Assembly: GCF_018977255.1 (NCBI RefSeq)
Contig: NW_024704742.1
Coordinates: 93,684,001-93,748,000 of the forward strand
Origin: Callorhinchus milii
Lineage: Eukaryota
DNA length: 64,000 nt
Reading direction: 5' to 3'
Position numbers and translations under genes: made by a program. This document shows positions 61,321 through 64,000 of this stretch, one piece after another. Below the pieces are notes generated by a model, which ran no database searches, was not told the DNA's origin, and saw only the letters and a program-made list of their open reading frames with translations. How positions within the stretch are numbered: position 1 is the first letter of the stretch; the number at the start of each line of letters is the position of its first letter.

Positions 61321-62105
61321 GGCAATTAAATACACTTGTACATCCACCCATTTTACATGTATGCAATTAAACCATTTGGACTTAAACAAACACCAGTTCC
61401 CAAAAATCGGTTCTGAAGCTGTGAATTTTTTATCTCATTATTTACTCCAGTCTCTGCACTGGAATTCTCATGAGTTGGATTATAAATGGTTGTAAATGGC
61501 GGCTGTTCTGAAGTTATTTTGCCAATTGTACATGGTGCAGCATGTCTGGTGATGTATGAAAGTGAGGCATCACTCAGGATTTACAATCATTTTCTTTACT
61601 GCTCTGACAAATGTTTTTTTAGCGGATTTAAGGGTTTTCTTCACTCCATTGCTTTGATCACCCATTTATTTACTGACCTTGACAGGAAATGCTTATTACC
61701 CTCTACCTGTCAATGAATATAGTCATCTATACGTCAAGGATCAACAAAGCCCCCCTCCCCCACCTTACTAGATCATCTTTATATTGTAGTTTCCCATATC
61801 GGCCAATCCTACATCCTTTTAGTAAAATGGCCATGTGGGGTGATCATAATAGAGATCTGAATGGCTCTGTGTAAGTGCTCAGGGGACTTGGGCTGAGACT
61901 CCTGGAGTCTGTTTAATTTAGAACCTCTGTTGAACAACAAAGATTATCTTTTGTGAAAATAATAATAATAATAATAATAAGAAGAAGAACCAAAGAGTTT
62001 TTTGCATTATATATATTTGGAGGACAACAACAACAACTTGCATCTACATAGCGACCCTCATGCAGGGTAGTGTCCCAGAGCACTTAGTATGTAATATAAT
62101 ATATA

Positions 62106-62466
62106 TCCTGCAGCTCAGTGGTCAGAGCACTCGCCTCGCAAGCAAGAGATCTGGGTTTGATTCCAGGCAGGGCAAAATGTTGGGCAAGTTTCGTTACTCC
62201 ACGCACCTCTGTTTACCTAGCAGTAAGTAGGAACCCGGTTGTTAGTCTATTAGTGGATCTCTTTTCCAGGGATAATAATTCCTTCAAAAAAAATTATAAT
62301 TTGGTCACTAAATCCACGACTGTTTGTGGGACGCTGCTGTGCGCAATTGTCTTCCGTGATTTGCACACAAATATACAGTCAATTCACTTTACAATATATT
62401 ATATGAAGCGCTTTGAGATGTCTTGAAGAAGTGATAAGACGTTATATCAAATGCAAGTATTATTAT
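62106..62466 (+). mobile_element. Nearly full-length tRNA-Ala SINE, long form
   Basis: CAGCTCAGTGGTCAGAGCACTCGCCTCGCAAGC head; long internal segment; tail. Confidence 0.9.
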
Positions 62467-63249
62467 CATTAATATATGTCAAGGTGAAATCATTGGTGTT
62501 CCTCTGAAGGAAAAAGCAGTTTGTTCAATCCTATAAGACCTATAAAAGCCAAATCTGTATTAGATGATAACATACTCAATCTCACACTGAGCTGTTCACC
62601 TACAAAATACCCAGTCACTACGCTTGACAGTAAATCCTTTGAAGCACTCAGAGACGTCCTCCCAATGGAAAAGGCACTATATCAAATGCAAGGGTTGTTA
62701 TTATCATACTAAATAAAACAGCCCTCCTGGGTGTTCAGCAATCAATTAAGAACTTTGTTTTCATTCCTACAATTATTCACCTTCCTTGGGAGATTGAAAT
62801 AAGTTTAGAAAATCTAGGGGTTTCCAGATGACACACTGACAGGGAAATCATTAATAGCTTTATCAAGTAGGTGAATACCCCATGCACAAGGCTTTGGGAT
62901 GATGATGATGATGATGAGAGGGATATGGAAAGGCAAGCCTCTGCTTCATTTGATGATATATCCACTATTATAACAAGAATCATTGCCTGTGAGATTGAAC
63001 TATTACATCCAGAGCACACCTCAAAATTCTTCACACAATTTACTGTAAAGTGTAATAACTGCAGGTAAAGATGATCACCAATTTAGGCACAGCAATGTCA
63101 CATAAATAGCCATGAAATGACTTACCAATTTTATTTGGAGGATTATTGACTCGACACACAGGCTGATATTTATAATAAAAATATTAATAATCCTTGCACT
63201 TAATGTAGAGCCTTATCACTTTATTGAGATGTCTCAAAGCGCTTCACAT

Positions 63250-63545
63250 AATTGGCAAATGATAAATAAATGCAAGGTACTACATTTAGGATGGAAGAAC
63301 AGGAAACATGTGTACTCCATAGATGGGATAGAGCTTGCCAAGGGGGAAGCTGAAAGAGATCCAGGGATATTAATTGACTCGTCGCTCACCATGTCAAAAA
63401 TGTGTGAGGCAACAATAAAGAAGACAGACAAAGAGGATGCTGAGCTACATTGCTAAACTAGATTATATCCCCAAATGTCATACTCACGCTACATTGTGTT
63501 TTGGTCAGGCCATACATAGAATACTGTATACGGTTCTGACACACA
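63250..63545 (+). mobile_element. CR1 fragment
   Basis: WQMINKCKVLHLGWKN..YSIDGIEL..ERDPGILID..LVRPYIEYC. Confidence 0.85.
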
Positions 63546-64000
63546 CACCAGTCTGACATGTTATCTCCTGTTGCAACCTTATCTCAAGTATGTTTGCAAT
63601 ATCCCAGAAGGGAAGCTGGTGAGTGGTGAAGAGATTCTCCCTGCTGAGTGACACATGTTCACACAATGTTGAGGATTTCCCATCTCCAGATGATTATCAT
63701 CAGATAAAAGCAATCACTTATTCCATGGATGTTTTGTGGGAAATTGGCTGCTGCATTTGCCCACAAAAAAACACAGTCACACCAAATTGCAGTATATTCT
63801 ATGATATATTATGTTTTACCCTCCAGTACTTTGCCATTTCTACCAGTGTGCCTGTGTTCTTGCAGATGGATGAAATGGAAATGGATGAATATGTCTCATC
63901 CATAGAGACAAAGATAGTATGTGGTTTGTACCTAGACCCACAGATCAAATTGCAATGTAAGAAGATTATTTGCAGAAGCAGATAAGCATAAAAGCATATG

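Noticed and set aside
63866..63916. Possible 51-nt plus-strand exon (TTCTTGCAG|..|GTATGT, MDEMEMDEYVSSIETKI)
   Set aside because: No recognisable homology and no partner exons; such splice-like pairs are common by chance.

Overview
Eukaryotic, AT-rich vertebrate genomic DNA, most likely a cartilaginous fish and possibly a holocephalan (inferred from the repeat landscape: L2 and CR1 LINE fragments, Deu-domain SINEs and a young tRNA-Ala SINE). Positions ~4.3-18.3 kb hold the 5' part of ERCC6L2 (Tudor + SNF2-family ATPase) on the minus strand. I traced nine coding exons with consistent GT-AG phases, a probable non-coding first exon and a small CpG-rich promoter. The gene continues beyond position 1. 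The remaining ~45 kb upstream has no recognisable host gene: it is a mosaic of retroposon fragments, a fossil ISL2EU/Harbinger-type transposase and repeat-poor blocks. By human synteny this would be the regulatory desert between ERCC6L2 and PTCH1. Most notable observations: a ~130-bp inverted repeat bracketing in-frame coding exon 3, with G-U-biased mismatches on the transcribed strand; an RFX-half-site/G-rich minisatellite at the start of intron 1; and a mosaic SINE present in long and deleted forms. All alignments were done by eye, and repeat boundaries are approximate.
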